Assembly: GCA_963666425.2 (NCBI GenBank)
Contig: OY762825.2
Coordinates: forward strand, 2,240,001 to 2,304,000
Length of the DNA stretch: 64,000 bases
Direction: 5' to 3'
From: Bacillota bacterium
Lineage (GTDB): Bacteria > Bacillota > JAAYKD01
Under the pieces are notes generated by a model, which was not told the DNA's origin, did not search any database, and saw only the letters and a program-made list of their open reading frames with translations. A program made the position numbers and the translations under genes. This document shows positions 1 to 10,218 of the stretch, one piece after another; position 1 is the stretch's first letter, and each line of letters starts with the position of its first letter.

Positions 1-1032
1 ATGTTTGGTTTGATTGGCGATCCTGACCAGAATCAACATGGTGGGAACTTCGGTCAGAACACCAACCGTGGTCGCCAAAGCGGCAGGAGAGGTGGTTCCA
101 AACAAGGCGATTGCAACCGCCACCGATAATTCAAAGAAATTGGAGGCGGCGATCATGCCGGCTGGTGCCGCAATCTCATGCGGCAATCGCAGCCAGCGGC
201 AGGGAAGATAGGAAATAAAGAAAATGAAGAAGGTTTGAATGATCAGAGGGATTGCGATCAGCAGAATGTGCAAAGGGTTCTTCAGGATAATCTCACCCTG
301 AAAAGAAAACAGCAGGATTAAGGTCAGCAGCAAACCGGCGATGGTGGCGTGATCGAATTTCGGCAAGAATTGCTTTTCGAAATAGGCCGTGCCGCTGCGG
401 CGGCTGACGAACAGCCTGGTCAGGATACCGCCGGCCAAAGGAACAACCACGAAGAGAACCACCGATAAAATCAAGGTATCCCAGGGGACGAAAACATTGC
501 TGACGCCCAGCAGAAATTTCACTATGGGAACAAAAGCGACGAGAATAATCAGGTCATTGGTCGCAACCTGCACGACCGTATAGGCAGGATTTCCGTTGGT
601 TAAAAGGCTCCAGACAAAAACCATCGCGGTGCAGGGAGCTGCGCCCAAGAGAATTGCTCCGGCGAGATATTGTTTGGCCAGATCCGGCGGAATCAGATCC
701 TGAAAGACGACATACAGGAAAAAAGAAGCGATTGCATACATCGTAAACGGCTTAATCAACCAATTGGCGATCCAGGTGACATATAAGCCCTGGGGATTTT
801 TTCTCACATTTTTGATGCTCTGAAAATCGACCTTCATCATCATGGGATAGATCATAATCCAGATCAGAATCGCAACCGGTATGGATACCTTGGCATATTC
901 AAACCGGTTCAGGAAAGCAGGGATGCCGGGCAAATACTGACCAATCAAAACTCCGGCCGCCATACACAGCAGCACCCATACCGTTAAATATTTCTGAAAG
1001 AAACCGATATCCTGAACTTTTTCGTTTGGCAT
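1..1032 (-). CDS. acr3: Acr3-family arsenite efflux transporter (runs off left edge; absent from ORF track)
   Basis: Manual translation from ATG at 1032: MPNEKVQDIGFFQKYLTVWVLLCM...MIYPMMMKVDF...NWLIKPFTMY...GAAPCTAMVFVWS...SNFFEL, all Acr3 hallmark motifs. Confidence 0.93.
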   Translation of the reverse strand, partial: MPNEKVQDIGFFQKYLTVWVLLCMAAGVLIGQYLPGIPAFLNRFEYAKVSIPVAILIWIMIYPMMMKVDFQSIKNVRKNPQGLYVTWIANWLIKPFTMYAIASFFLYVVFQDLIPPDLAKQYLAGAILLGAAPCTAMVFVWSLLTNGNPAYTVVQVATNDLIILVAFVPIVKFLLGVSNVFVPWDTLILSVVLFVVVPLAGGILTRLFVSRRSGTAYFEKQFLPKFDHATIAGLLLTLILLFSFQGEIILKNPLHILLIAIPLIIQTFFIFFISYLPCRWLRLPHEIAAPAGMIAASNFFELSVAVAIALFGTTSPAALATTVGVLTEVPTMLILVRIANQTKH

Positions 1033-1051
1033 CGTCAGATCGCACCTTTGC

Positions 1052-1450
1052 TTATAGAGTTTTCTTCAGTAATTTTTCCAGATCGGCTGGTTTCAAGACT
1101 TTTCCCATCGCAACCACTTTTTCATTGATCACGACGGCCGGCATCGACATCACGCCGTAGGCCATGATCGTTGCTAAATCGGTGATGTATTCTACTTTGG
1201 CTTCGAGCCCCATCGTTTTGACGGTTTCTTCTACGTTTTTTAATTGTTCATGACATTTGGCGCAGCCAGTACCCAGAATTTTAATGCTGAGGCTGCCCGG
1301 TTGACATTGCCCGCCGCAGTCACAGGTTTTTGCTGCGGGTGGTTGGCTTTCCGCAGCGCTGCAGCTGCAGGTGGGTTCCGCTTGCGGCTCTGCAGCGCAC
1401 GTGCAGGCGGGTGTTTTGGTTTCGTTTTTCTTGATGTGGAATAAAGACAT
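1052..1450 (-). CDS. Thioredoxin-like redox-active disulfide protein (MTH895/Thioredoxin_3 type) with Cys-rich N-terminal extension
   Basis: IKILGTGCAKC, YGVMSMPAVVINEKVV; N-terminal CTC/CSC/CDC; typical ars-operon neighbour. Confidence 0.85.
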   Translation of the reverse strand: MSLFHIKKNETKTPACTCAAEPQAEPTCSCSAAESQPPAAKTCDCGGQCQPGSLSIKILGTGCAKCHEQLKNVEETVKTMGLEAKVEYITDLATIMAYGVMSMPAVVINEKVVAMGKVLKPADLEKLLKKTL

Positions 1451-1503
1451 GATTCTTCCTCCTCTGATTTGATGAATTTCTTTGTGGAAATACGGAGCCT
1501 TGC

Positions 1504-2517
1504 TTAGATCAGGAAAGGCTGCAGTGCATTGAATAGATAACCGACCGCGATAATACCCAGTGTACAGTAACCGACGAATAAGGTCAAGAGTTTTGGTTTT
1601 ACTGCTTTACGCAGCATGATGATCGACGGCAGAGAAAGGGTAGTGACAGCCATCATAAAGGCAAGGATGGCGCCAAGCTGAGCTCCTTTGCTCAGCAGCG
1701 CTTCCGCAACCGGCAGCGTACCAAAAATATCGGCATACATGGGAACACCAACCAGAGTAGCCAGGATCACGGAAAAAGGATTATGGCTGCCAAGCACATT
1801 GCTGACCCAGGCATCGGGAATCCAGTTGTGGATGAGAGCGCCGATCCCAACCCCGATCAAGACATAGAGAAACACTTTTTTCACGGTTGCCAGCACTTGA
1901 TCCCAGGAAAACTGCAGGCGGTCCTGGACGCTCAGTGCTTCGGCTTCCAAGTCAACCGATCCGGCACTGCGGATGAACGCTTCCACCTGATCCTCCATAT
2001 GCATTTTTTCGATCAGACTGCCGCCCAGAATGGCGATCAGCAAGCCCATGCTCACATAAGCAAGTGCGACTTTGGCGCCAAAAATACTCATCAGCAGAAC
2101 GAGCGAACCAAGGTCAACCATCGGGGAAGAAATTAAAAAGGAAAAAGTAACACCCAGGGGTAAGCCGGCGCCGGTGAAACCGATGAACAAGGGGATTGAG
2201 GAACAGGAACAGAAGGGAGTAACCGTGCCGAGCAGAGCGGCAATCATATTTGCACCAAGGCCATGGAAGCGGCCAAGGATTTTTTTACTGCGTTCTGGCG
2301 GAAAATAGCTTTGAATATAAGAAATCAAAAAGATCAGGATACTGAGCAGCAGCATTATTTTGATGGAATCATAGAGAAAAAATTGTGCGCTTTTGCCAAT
2401 TTTACTGTTCAGGTCTAAACCAAAGCGTGTCAGCAGGCGGCCGACCAGAAGATTCAGCCATTGCATGCCAAGAACCTGATTCTGAAAAAACCCCCAACCG
2501 GTTTGCAGTGCCGTCAT
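1504..2517 (-). CDS. arsP: ArsP (DUF318) permease
   Basis: TPFCSCSSIPLF, FLISSP, GVPMY, TLSLPS motifs; start moved to ATG 2517 behind GGAGGG RBS. Confidence 0.88.
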   Translation of the reverse strand: MTALQTGWGFFQNQVLGMQWLNLLVGRLLTRFGLDLNSKIGKSAQFFLYDSIKIMLLLSILIFLISYIQSYFPPERSKKILGRFHGLGANMIAALLGTVTPFCSCSSIPLFIGFTGAGLPLGVTFSFLISSPMVDLGSLVLLMSIFGAKVALAYVSMGLLIAILGGSLIEKMHMEDQVEAFIRSAGSVDLEAEALSVQDRLQFSWDQVLATVKKVFLYVLIGVGIGALIHNWIPDAWVSNVLGSHNPFSVILATLVGVPMYADIFGTLPVAEALLSKGAQLGAILAFMMAVTTLSLPSIIMLRKAVKPKLLTLFVGYCTLGIIAVGYLFNALQPFLI

Positions 2518-2539
2518 AACGATACCCTCCACTAAATTA

Positions 2540-2555
2540 ATATATTTAAATATAT
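2540..2555. promoter_or_regulatory. 16-bp perfect palindrome just upstream of arsP RBS, putative ArsR/SmtB-type operator
   Basis: ATATATTT|AAATATAT; AT-rich, so chance occurrence possible. Confidence 0.45.
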
Positions 2556-2633
2556 CTATATGATGGTTTGAAAAGAAAGTCATCTTGCGATGACTCGAGA
2601 AGACAAACCGTTCCGGTGTAGCCGGATCAAATA

Positions 2634-2679
2634 GACAAGTCTCTATCTGCTATTATAACTATAGATAGAGACTTGTCAA
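2634..2679 (-). promoter_or_regulatory. sigmaA promoter for ars cassette overlapped by a 15-bp inverted-repeat operator
   Basis: Minus strand TTGACA-N16-TATAAT; GACAAGTCTCTATCT (2634-2648)-N14-AGATAGAGACTTGTC (2663-2677). Confidence 0.8.
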
Positions 2680-2731
2680 TGGGTTAGCGGAAAATCACAA
2701 AAAAAATCAGAATCAGCCAGCGTCCGTCCTC

Positions 2732-3505
2732 TCAGCGGATTCTGCCTTCCAAGCGGCTATTTAAAAAATTACCATTGGGATAATCAGGGAGAAACATTTT
2801 CACGGTAGCCTTGACAATATCCTTGCGCACACTATCCATAAAGGGATTAAAAACCACTTTCATTTCATGCAGCACCTGAGTAGGAAGTGTGCAATAGATA
2901 TAATCAAAATTGGGGTAGTTGTATTTTGTACTGACCCCGGACTTATTTTTGCTGATCGAAACGGAGGGATTACCTTTGCCAACATCAATGTAGCAGCGCA
3001 GTCTCGTTTCTTGCTCATATTCCCAAATTTTCGTTTTAGCGAAACCGATACAGGTGGAATAAACTGCATCGGCGCTGTCCACACCGTCTGGGCGGGTAGT
3101 TAATTCAAACTTGGATAAGTCATCGTCGTATAAAACATCCAGCAGTTTGGCATCCCGTACTTCCCAACCTTTTTCGATGGCCAAATAGTTGCTTTTGTCT
3201 TCCAGGAAATCCAGATGATCAAATCGCAGGGACAACCCCATTTTATCATTGGCGTAAATTTTCCACATGGGGATTGTTTCGGTGCTGTGGTGGGTAAAGC
3301 AGAGGGTGAATACTTTATTTTTATATAAGGGCAGTGCTCGTTCTTCTTCGATGGGATCATTGAATTTTTTTAACTGGGATAATCGAATCGATTGATCAGA
3401 GACAATATGTGCGAGTGTTTCCAAATTGGTAAAATGATAATAGCTGTCGTGCGCTTTTGCTTTCTCATTTTGTTGGGTGTAAAATTCTTTTTCATTCAAA
3501 CTCAA
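2732..3505 (-). CDS. DUF2971-like protein
   Basis: YYHFT, FNDPIE, LCFT...MWKIYA, KTKIWEYEQETR motifs; AT-richer than flanks. Confidence 0.7.
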   Translation of the reverse strand: MSLNEKEFYTQQNEKAKAHDSYYHFTNLETLAHIVSDQSIRLSQLKKFNDPIEEERALPLYKNKVFTLCFTHHSTETIPMWKIYANDKMGLSLRFDHLDFLEDKSNYLAIEKGWEVRDAKLLDVLYDDDLSKFELTTRPDGVDSADAVYSTCIGFAKTKIWEYEQETRLRCYIDVGKGNPSVSISKNKSGVSTKYNYPNFDYIYCTLPTQVLHEMKVVFNPFMDSVRKDIVKATVKMFLPDYPNGNFLNSRLEGRIR

Positions 3506-3934
3506 GTCTGATCCCTCGCTTTGCGTTGGTCACTCTAATTTTGGCTTAGATACTGATCCAATCGCATTATACAACATATAGCTACAAAAAGCCAGAAGAA
3601 CGGCCGCTGCAACATTTTTTGTATCGGTGAAACGTACAGAAAAATGGAATCCACTTAAATTGGATGCAATATCCTGATGTAAATTTAAATACCGGTGCGC
3701 TGATTTTTCAAGGGACCCTGAACTTACGAATCTGCTGGGGGCATTCAGTTCAAAACGAGGTTTATTTTGAATTTTTTCTGAAATAGAGTTCTTTTTTTCA
3801 GCTGCGAAAGGGAAACCTCTCGGCTTTGCAGAATAAAAAAAAGTATTGCTTTATCAAATCACGGTTTCGGCAGTAAAAATGGTAGATGATGTTGGTTTGT
3901 GTTTGTCTTACCGAACCAGTCTGGAGGGAAATTT

Positions 3935-4765
3935 ATGGAGAGAATTCTAGCGATTTTCGCTGATTTTAGTTTACTCGACGCAGTGGATGTGCTGATCGTC
4001 TCCATCGCCATATCCAGTTTGATTATGATGATTCGCAATACGCGAGCCATTCAATTGGTCAAAGGATTGCTTTACGTCTTACTGGCTTTTGCCGTCAGTT
4101 CGTTCCTGGAGTTGAAAGCAATCGGCTGGCTGATGGATAAAATCCTTACTTTAGGTATTGTCGCTATTCCCATTGTTTTTCAATCCGAGCTGCGTAAAGT
4201 TTTGGAAGAATTGGGACGCGGTACTTTTTTTCGCAAACAAACGGCGGATCAAATTCAAATGAACCAGATGTTCGCAGAAATTATTAAAGCAGTGGATACG
4301 ATGTCAGCTGCTAAAACCGGCGCTTTGATTGTTTTAGAGCGCAAAACCGGTTTGCGGGAGTATATGGAAACCGGTATCGAGCTGGATAGTCTGGTTACCA
4401 GTCAGCTGCTGCTGAATATATTCTATAAGAATACACCGCTGCACGATGGTGCTGTGATGATTCGAAATAACCGCATTGTTGCCGCAGCCTGCTATCTGCC
4501 GCTGTCCGCCAATCCGGAAATTGCGCAGGAACTAGGTACGCGCCATCGGGCCGGCATTGGCATCACCGAACAATCCGATTGTCTGACCATTGTCGTATCC
4601 GAAGAAACCGGCGCCGTATCTTTGGCTCAGGCAGGAAAATTAATCCGTTATCTGGACGGTAAAATGTTGGGCGAATTACTGCAGCAGACTTATTTCGAAG
4701 AAGAAAACACCATTAAGGCTGCGCTGCCGTCCTGGCTGCATTGGGGAGGGAAAAAAGATGAATAG
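3935..4765 (+). CDS. cdaA: Diadenylate cyclase CdaA/DacA
   Basis: 3 N-terminal TM segments, TPLHDGA and GTRHRA catalytic motifs; ATG 3935 behind GGAGGG. Confidence 0.96.
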   Translation: MERILAIFADFSLLDAVDVLIVSIAISSLIMMIRNTRAIQLVKGLLYVLLAFAVSSFLELKAIGWLMDKILTLGIVAIPIVFQSELRKVLEELGRGTFFRKQTADQIQMNQMFAEIIKAVDTMSAAKTGALIVLERKTGLREYMETGIELDSLVTSQLLLNIFYKNTPLHDGAVMIRNNRIVAAACYLPLSANPEIAQELGTRHRAGIGITEQSDCLTIVVSEETGAVSLAQAGKLIRYLDGKMLGELLQQTYFEEENTIKAALPSWLHWGGKKDE

Positions 4766-5759
4766 AATTTTTTCTTCCAATTTGGCCGTGCGTATTTTAT
4801 CGGTTTTGATTGCTCTGACAATTTGGGTCGTAGCCAGCGAGCAGTCAACCCAGCAAGCAGCAGGCGCTGAAATGAGTAAGAATTTCTATCGTATTCCGAT
4901 TGAGGTGCTGAATGCTCCGGCTAATTATGCGATCTCCTATGATTATACCGCGGTGGAAAGCATCGTGCTGAAAGGGTCTTCTTCTTTACTGACCGATTTA
5001 CTTGGCCAGGAGATTACAGCCAGTATTGACCTGAAAGGATTAAGCGAGGGAGAATATGATCTGGACATCAGTCTGCGTTATCCTGCCGGTTTAAGCCTCG
5101 AAGCAGTCCAACCGCGTAAAGTTCATGTCAGCATGGTCAGCAGCATGAGCCGGGTGATGGATGTGGAAGTGATCATCACAGAGCAGCCAACCGATGCCGC
5201 TGTCGATCCTGTGGTAAGGATTCAACCGGAAACCGTCTTAGTAGTCGGTTCTCGCTCTACCTTAGAGCAGGTAGCGCAGGCAGTTGTGCTGATTGACCTA
5301 AGTGATCGCAAAGGGAATTTCGAACAAAATCTTGAGGTGAAGATTCTGGACAGCGCCGGCAACAGCGTGGAAGGCGTCACCGTGCAGCCCAGTTTGATTG
5401 CCGTAACAATTCAGCTGCTGTCCGCCAAAGAGGTCGGTTTAGCGTTGCCGGATTCATTGGTGATTCCGGAAGGGTGGGCGCTGCAGAATTATACCTTTTC
5501 TCCGACCACAATCCGGATCAATGGTGACTTTGCCCAGCTGGCTTTGATTGATAAGCTGCCGGTGAAAATGAGTGTTCTGGAGATTACGGCCGAGGACAAG
5601 ACAAGCGAAGAGATCGTGAAATCACTGCGTACCACCATCCAATTACCGGAGGGGATTACATTGTCGCAGGAGATAACCAATACTGTCAGAGTGACACTGA
5701 CGCTGAAACAGGTGAGCAGCGGCACAACCGTGATCGCTGCAACAGGAACCGGCAACTGA
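4758..5759 (+). CDS. cdaR: CdaR/YbbR regulator of CdaA
   Basis: N-terminal TM, YbbR-like repeats, overlaps cdaA stop, canonical synteny. Confidence 0.88.
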   Translation: MNRIFSSNLAVRILSVLIALTIWVVASEQSTQQAAGAEMSKNFYRIPIEVLNAPANYAISYDYTAVESIVLKGSSSLLTDLLGQEITASIDLKGLSEGEYDLDISLRYPAGLSLEAVQPRKVHVSMVSSMSRVMDVEVIITEQPTDAAVDPVVRIQPETVLVVGSRSTLEQVAQAVVLIDLSDRKGNFEQNLEVKILDSAGNSVEGVTVQPSLIAVTIQLLSAKEVGLALPDSLVIPEGWALQNYTFSPTTIRINGDFAQLALIDKLPVKMSVLEITAEDKTSEEIVKSLRTTIQLPEGITLSQEITNTVRVTLTLKQVSSGTTVIAATGTGN

Positions 5760-5850
5760 GCAGAATTGAAGACCCGTTCGCTTCTGATGATGTAAAGACA
5801 GGAGATGAGCGCAGCAAAAAAACTGAAGGCAACTTCTGGGGGGCAGCAAG

Positions 5851-7203
5851 ATGACAAGATTATTTGGTACAGACGGGGTTCGCGGGATCGCAAACACGAA
5901 ACTAACACCGGAATTGGCATTTCAATTGGGGCGTGCAGCCGCAGCGGTATTAACGCCGCAGCAGGAAAGACCGACGATTTTAGTTGGCAAAGACCCAAGG
6001 TCTTCCGGAGATATGTTGGAAGCAGCCTTAGCGGCAGGGATGATGTCGAATGGTGCCGAGGTGATTTCTCTCGGTATCGTCACCACACCGGCAGTAGCTT
6101 ACCTGACCAAACACATGGCGGTGCAGGCAGGTGCGATGATCTCCGCTTCACATAACCAGGTGGAAGATAACGGTATTAAGTTTTTTTCGCATAACGGCTA
6201 TAAATTGCCGGATAAAACAGAGGACGCCATCGAAGCATACTTGCGGCAGGATCAGGAGGTAAGTCAGAGACCGACCGGTGCCGGCGTAGGCAATTGGCAG
6301 CAAAACGAGACGGCGATTCAGCTTTATTTGCATCACCTGCAGCAAAGCATTGCCGGGATCAGGCTGGAGGGCTTGCATATCGTGCTTGACTGCGCAAATG
6401 GTGCCGCCTCTCCTTTTGCCGCGGATTTATTCCGCAGTGCCGGTGCTAAGGTAACAGCGCTGCATGCCAAGCCAAGCGGAGCGAATATTAATCTGGACTG
6501 CGGCTCAACGCACCCTGCCAGTTTACAAAAAGCAGTCACGCAATTACAGGCGGATTTCGGATTTGCTTTTGACGGAGATGCCGATCGCTGTTTGGCCGTG
6601 GATAGGGACGGCAATTTGGTCGATGGCGATCAAATCATGGCTATGTTGGCTCTGCATTTTAAGCAAAAAGGCAGGCTGCATAAAAACACTTTGGTCATTA
6701 CGGTGATGAGCAACCTTGGCTTAAAAAAAGCCATGGCAGAACATCAGATTGATTTGCAGATTACAGCGGTTGGTGATCGCTATGTTTTGGAAGCAATGCT
6801 GGCCAACGACTACTGCCTGGGCGGAGAACAGTCCGGTCACGTCATTTTAACCGATTTTTCCACGACCGGTGACGGTATGCTGACCGGATTACAAATTGCA
6901 GCCATGCTGAAAGAGAACAAAGCATCCATGCGGGAGAAGGCTGAGGTGATGCATAAATTCCCGCAAATCCTGCTGAATTGTCAAGTGGAAGATAAACAGG
7001 CTGCCATGCAGAATACCGCTTTCACTCAAGCAGTGGCAGAAGAGACAGCAGTTTTAGGCGAGCGGGGGCGCATTTTAGTGCGGCCTTCCGGCACTGAGCA
7101 GCTGATACGAATTATGGTTGAAGCGGAACAGGAAGCAGCAGCGGCAGCAATTGCCAAGCGCTTGAGCCTGTATTTAGTGAATGAAGCACGGATAGTAGAA
7201 TAG
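5851..7203 (+). CDS. glmM: Phosphoglucosamine mutase
   Basis: LFGTDGVRG, MISASHN, FDGDADR, GGEQSGH, VRPSGTE. Confidence 0.97.
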   Translation: MTRLFGTDGVRGIANTKLTPELAFQLGRAAAAVLTPQQERPTILVGKDPRSSGDMLEAALAAGMMSNGAEVISLGIVTTPAVAYLTKHMAVQAGAMISASHNQVEDNGIKFFSHNGYKLPDKTEDAIEAYLRQDQEVSQRPTGAGVGNWQQNETAIQLYLHHLQQSIAGIRLEGLHIVLDCANGAASPFAADLFRSAGAKVTALHAKPSGANINLDCGSTHPASLQKAVTQLQADFGFAFDGDADRCLAVDRDGNLVDGDQIMAMLALHFKQKGRLHKNTLVITVMSNLGLKKAMAEHQIDLQITAVGDRYVLEAMLANDYCLGGEQSGHVILTDFSTTGDGMLTGLQIAAMLKENKASMREKAEVMHKFPQILLNCQVEDKQAAMQNTAFTQAVAEETAVLGERGRILVRPSGTEQLIRIMVEAEQEAAAAAIAKRLSLYLVNEARIVE

Positions 7204-7215
7204 GAGGGATAGCGT

Positions 7216-9042
7216 ATGTGCGGGATTATGGGTTATGTTGGACCAAAGGAAGCACTGCCGATCATTATCGACGGGTTACGTTGTTTAGAATATCGGGGTT
7301 ACGATTCTGCCGGTGTAGCGATCATTGAGGCGGGTAAGCTGAACCTGCTGAAAAGCGCCGGGCGTTTATCGGAATTGGAAGCGATTTTAAAAGAAACACC
7401 ACTGACGGGGCATATCGGCATCGGTCATACCCGCTGGGCGACGCATGGGGAGCCCAACAATGAAAATGCCCATCCGCATCTAGGCAGCCGCGGTCGGATC
7501 ACGCTGATTCATAATGGCGTGATTGAAAATTATAAAGAACTGCGCCAGGAACTCGTCGCCAAAGGCGTTGCTTTTCTTTCCCAAACCGACTCTGAAGTCG
7601 TGGTGAATCTGTTGGAAGAAACTGAATTGCCGCTGATGCAGGCGTTGGACGTGGTATTACCCCGTTTACGCGGCGCTTACGCTTTGGTTATGCTGGATCT
7701 TTGGCAGCCGGATCGCATTGTTGTGGCACGTAAAGATAATCCGGTGGTCATTGGTTTGGGTAAAGGCGAAAATTATGTAGCGTCTGATATTCCGGCGCTG
7801 TTGCCCTATACACGCGAGATGGTTTTTTTGAATGACGGCGAACGTGCTGTGATCACCAAAGAAAAGGTGACCTTTTATCAAAAGAACGGCAGCGAAATTG
7901 AAAAACAGCCACAGGAAATTACTTGGACGGCAGAAGCAGCCGATAAAGTCGGCTTTGAGCACTATATGCTGAAAGAGATTCATGAACAGCCCAAAGTCCT
8001 GCGCGAAACAATGAAAGAACGCATGCCGAATGCCGACGGCAGAAAGTTCTTTGCTGAAATTGATGCTTCCCCCTGGAACTGGCAGAAGGTAAACCACATT
8101 CATATCGTGGCATGCGGGACAGCCTATTATGCCGGTATGGCAGGTAAATATATGATTGAGCGCGTTGCCCGCATTCCGGTAGAAGTGGATATGGCCTCAG
8201 AATTCCGCTACCGGGAGCCCATCCTGGAGGCTTCTGATGTGGTGATTATTATCAGCCAATCCGGTGAAACCGCGGATACCCTCGGCGCTTTGCGTGAAGC
8301 GCAGCGCAGGGGTGCGAAAGTATTGGCTGTGACCAATGTCATGGGCAGCACGGTTTCCCGTGAAGCGGATTTTGTGGTTTATACGCAAGCCGGACCGGAA
8401 ATTGCCGTGGCTTCCACCAAAGCCTATATTTCCCAATTGCTGATTATGTTGATGCTGGCTTTCAAATTAGGTCATCTGCGCAATCAGGTCACGGATACGG
8501 AATTAGCGGCATGGATGGAAAAACTGCGTGTCTTGCCTTATTGGGTAGAAAAAGTATTGCTGCAGGAAAAAACAATTGCCAATTGGGCCAGACAAATTGC
8601 AGGATATCAAAATTTCTTCTTTATCGGACGCGACCTGGATTATGCTTTGGCTCTGGAAGGCGCTTTAAAACTCAAGGAAATCTCCTATATTCATGCGGAA
8701 GCCTATGCAGCCGGCGAATTAAAGCACGGTCCGCTGGCCTTGATTTCCGGCGGTACTCCGGTGGTTGCTCTGACGACTCAGAGCCGCTTGGTGGAAAAAG
8801 CGCTGAGCAATATTGAAGTGGTGAAAGCCCGCGGCGCGTCGGTTTATCATATTACCAATTCGGAAATCATCAGCCACAGCGAAGACAATGAACATATCCT
8901 CGCTTTACCTGAATTGGATGATCTTTTAATGCCGCTGCTGGCGATTGTTCCTCTACAACTTTTGGCATATCATGCAGCGGTCGCCAAGGGCAACAATGTG
9001 GATAAACCGCGGAATCTGGCAAAGAGCGTTACAGTAGAATAA
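7216..9042 (+). CDS. glmS: Glutamine-fructose-6-phosphate aminotransferase
   Basis: MCGI N-terminus, GHTRWATHG, SQSGETADT, C-terminal PRNLAKSVTVE. Confidence 0.98.
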   Translation: MCGIMGYVGPKEALPIIIDGLRCLEYRGYDSAGVAIIEAGKLNLLKSAGRLSELEAILKETPLTGHIGIGHTRWATHGEPNNENAHPHLGSRGRITLIHNGVIENYKELRQELVAKGVAFLSQTDSEVVVNLLEETELPLMQALDVVLPRLRGAYALVMLDLWQPDRIVVARKDNPVVIGLGKGENYVASDIPALLPYTREMVFLNDGERAVITKEKVTFYQKNGSEIEKQPQEITWTAEAADKVGFEHYMLKEIHEQPKVLRETMKERMPNADGRKFFAEIDASPWNWQKVNHIHIVACGTAYYAGMAGKYMIERVARIPVEVDMASEFRYREPILEASDVVIIISQSGETADTLGALREAQRRGAKVLAVTNVMGSTVSREADFVVYTQAGPEIAVASTKAYISQLLIMLMLAFKLGHLRNQVTDTELAAWMEKLRVLPYWVEKVLLQEKTIANWARQIAGYQNFFFIGRDLDYALALEGALKLKEISYIHAEAYAAGELKHGPLALISGGTPVVALTTQSRLVEKALSNIEVVKARGASVYHITNSEIISHSEDNEHILALPELDDLLMPLLAIVPLQLLAYHAAVAKGNNVDKPRNLAKSVTVE

Positions 9043-9187
9043 GGAATCAAACCAGAGTGGTGAATGAAAAGTGAAATGGAATGAAAGGGATCTATTCCCC
9101 CCCGGGAGACTGAGGAACCTTTGGGGAAAGGTCTCTTTTTTCTGTCAAAAGACGAAGCGTGGGATGCGATGACGGAGAGAGTGTAGA

Positions 9188-10101
9188 ATGGATGGAAAAG
9201 TAATTCTCGCTGCATGGAATTTACAGCAAAGTCAAATTAAGCAAATCTATGCTACAACTTGGCAGGTTGACGAACATTTTATTCTAAAACATACAGAGAA
9301 TAAAGAACAGCTGCAGCGCAGCATAGTAATTATGCACGGATTAAGTCAACTGGGTATTCCGGTTGCATTACCAATCCCCACGATAACAGGGGAAGAATAC
9401 CTGACAAGTGGAGATAGTGATTTCTGGTTGTTAATGAATCAATTACCTGGCGATCACATCCAAGGGATCTATGAGGGCGACTCAGAGAAAACCGCCTATC
9501 GATTGGGTGAAATTCTGGCGGAACTGCATCAGGCTCTTCGTCAATTACCCATGGTATCAGGAGTCAAGGATCATGACTTTACAATTGAAATGAGCGGTTG
9601 GGTCTATGAAGTTTATCAGCAAAAAGCACAGCGACTGGTTCCGTCAGAAAAAGTAGAAGCTATGCTTGCTGAGCTAAAGCAGATTTATCCCCAGCTGCCG
9701 CGTCAATTGATTCACGTGATCCTCACTTGGGTAATTTGCTGTTCTGTGAAGGCATACTTACCGGATATATTGATTTTGATTTGAGTCAAGTCAATGCTCG
9801 TTGTTTTGATTTGGCGTATTTCACACTCGGCTGGCTGATCAATCACTTCAATACGCAAGAAGAGGGCGCGCAATGGTTGAAACTATTGGCTGCAGCCGTA
9901 AGTGGTTACCATGGTAAGCTCCCTTTGACAGAGGCAGAGAAGCAGGCCATGATCTGGATGATGTTGAATATAGAATTGCTTTTTGTCTCTTATTTTACTC
10001 AAAAAGAAATGACGGAGGCTGCAGAAAATGCGGCTGCGATGGTCATCTGGTTGTGGAATCATCAGAAAGAGATCAATGCTGTCGTATTTGCATCTGTCTG
10101 A
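9188..10101 (+). pseudogene. APH/homoserine-kinase-type phosphotransferase split by a 1-nt deletion
   Basis: ORFs 9188-9784 and 9727-10101 join at ~9715: restoring one base gives QLIH(R)DPHLGNLL...YIDFD (Brenner and DFD motifs). Confidence 0.8.
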
Positions 10102-10218
10102 AGAAAAGGCAGCGGATCGCCAGCTCTACCTAAGGCAGAATATTCTTTACAGAATAAAGAATCATAGTCCATCATGCTTTTTTCTAACACCGTTCGTAGA
10201 TAACAATAAGGGGATATC

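Noticed and set aside
14-583. Short plus-strand ORFs at the window start
   Set aside because: Antisense shadows of acr3 on the minus strand.
3540-3800. Possible att site or ncRNA between DUF2971 and cdaA
   Set aside because: No repeat partner, tRNA fragment or convincing structure found by eye.
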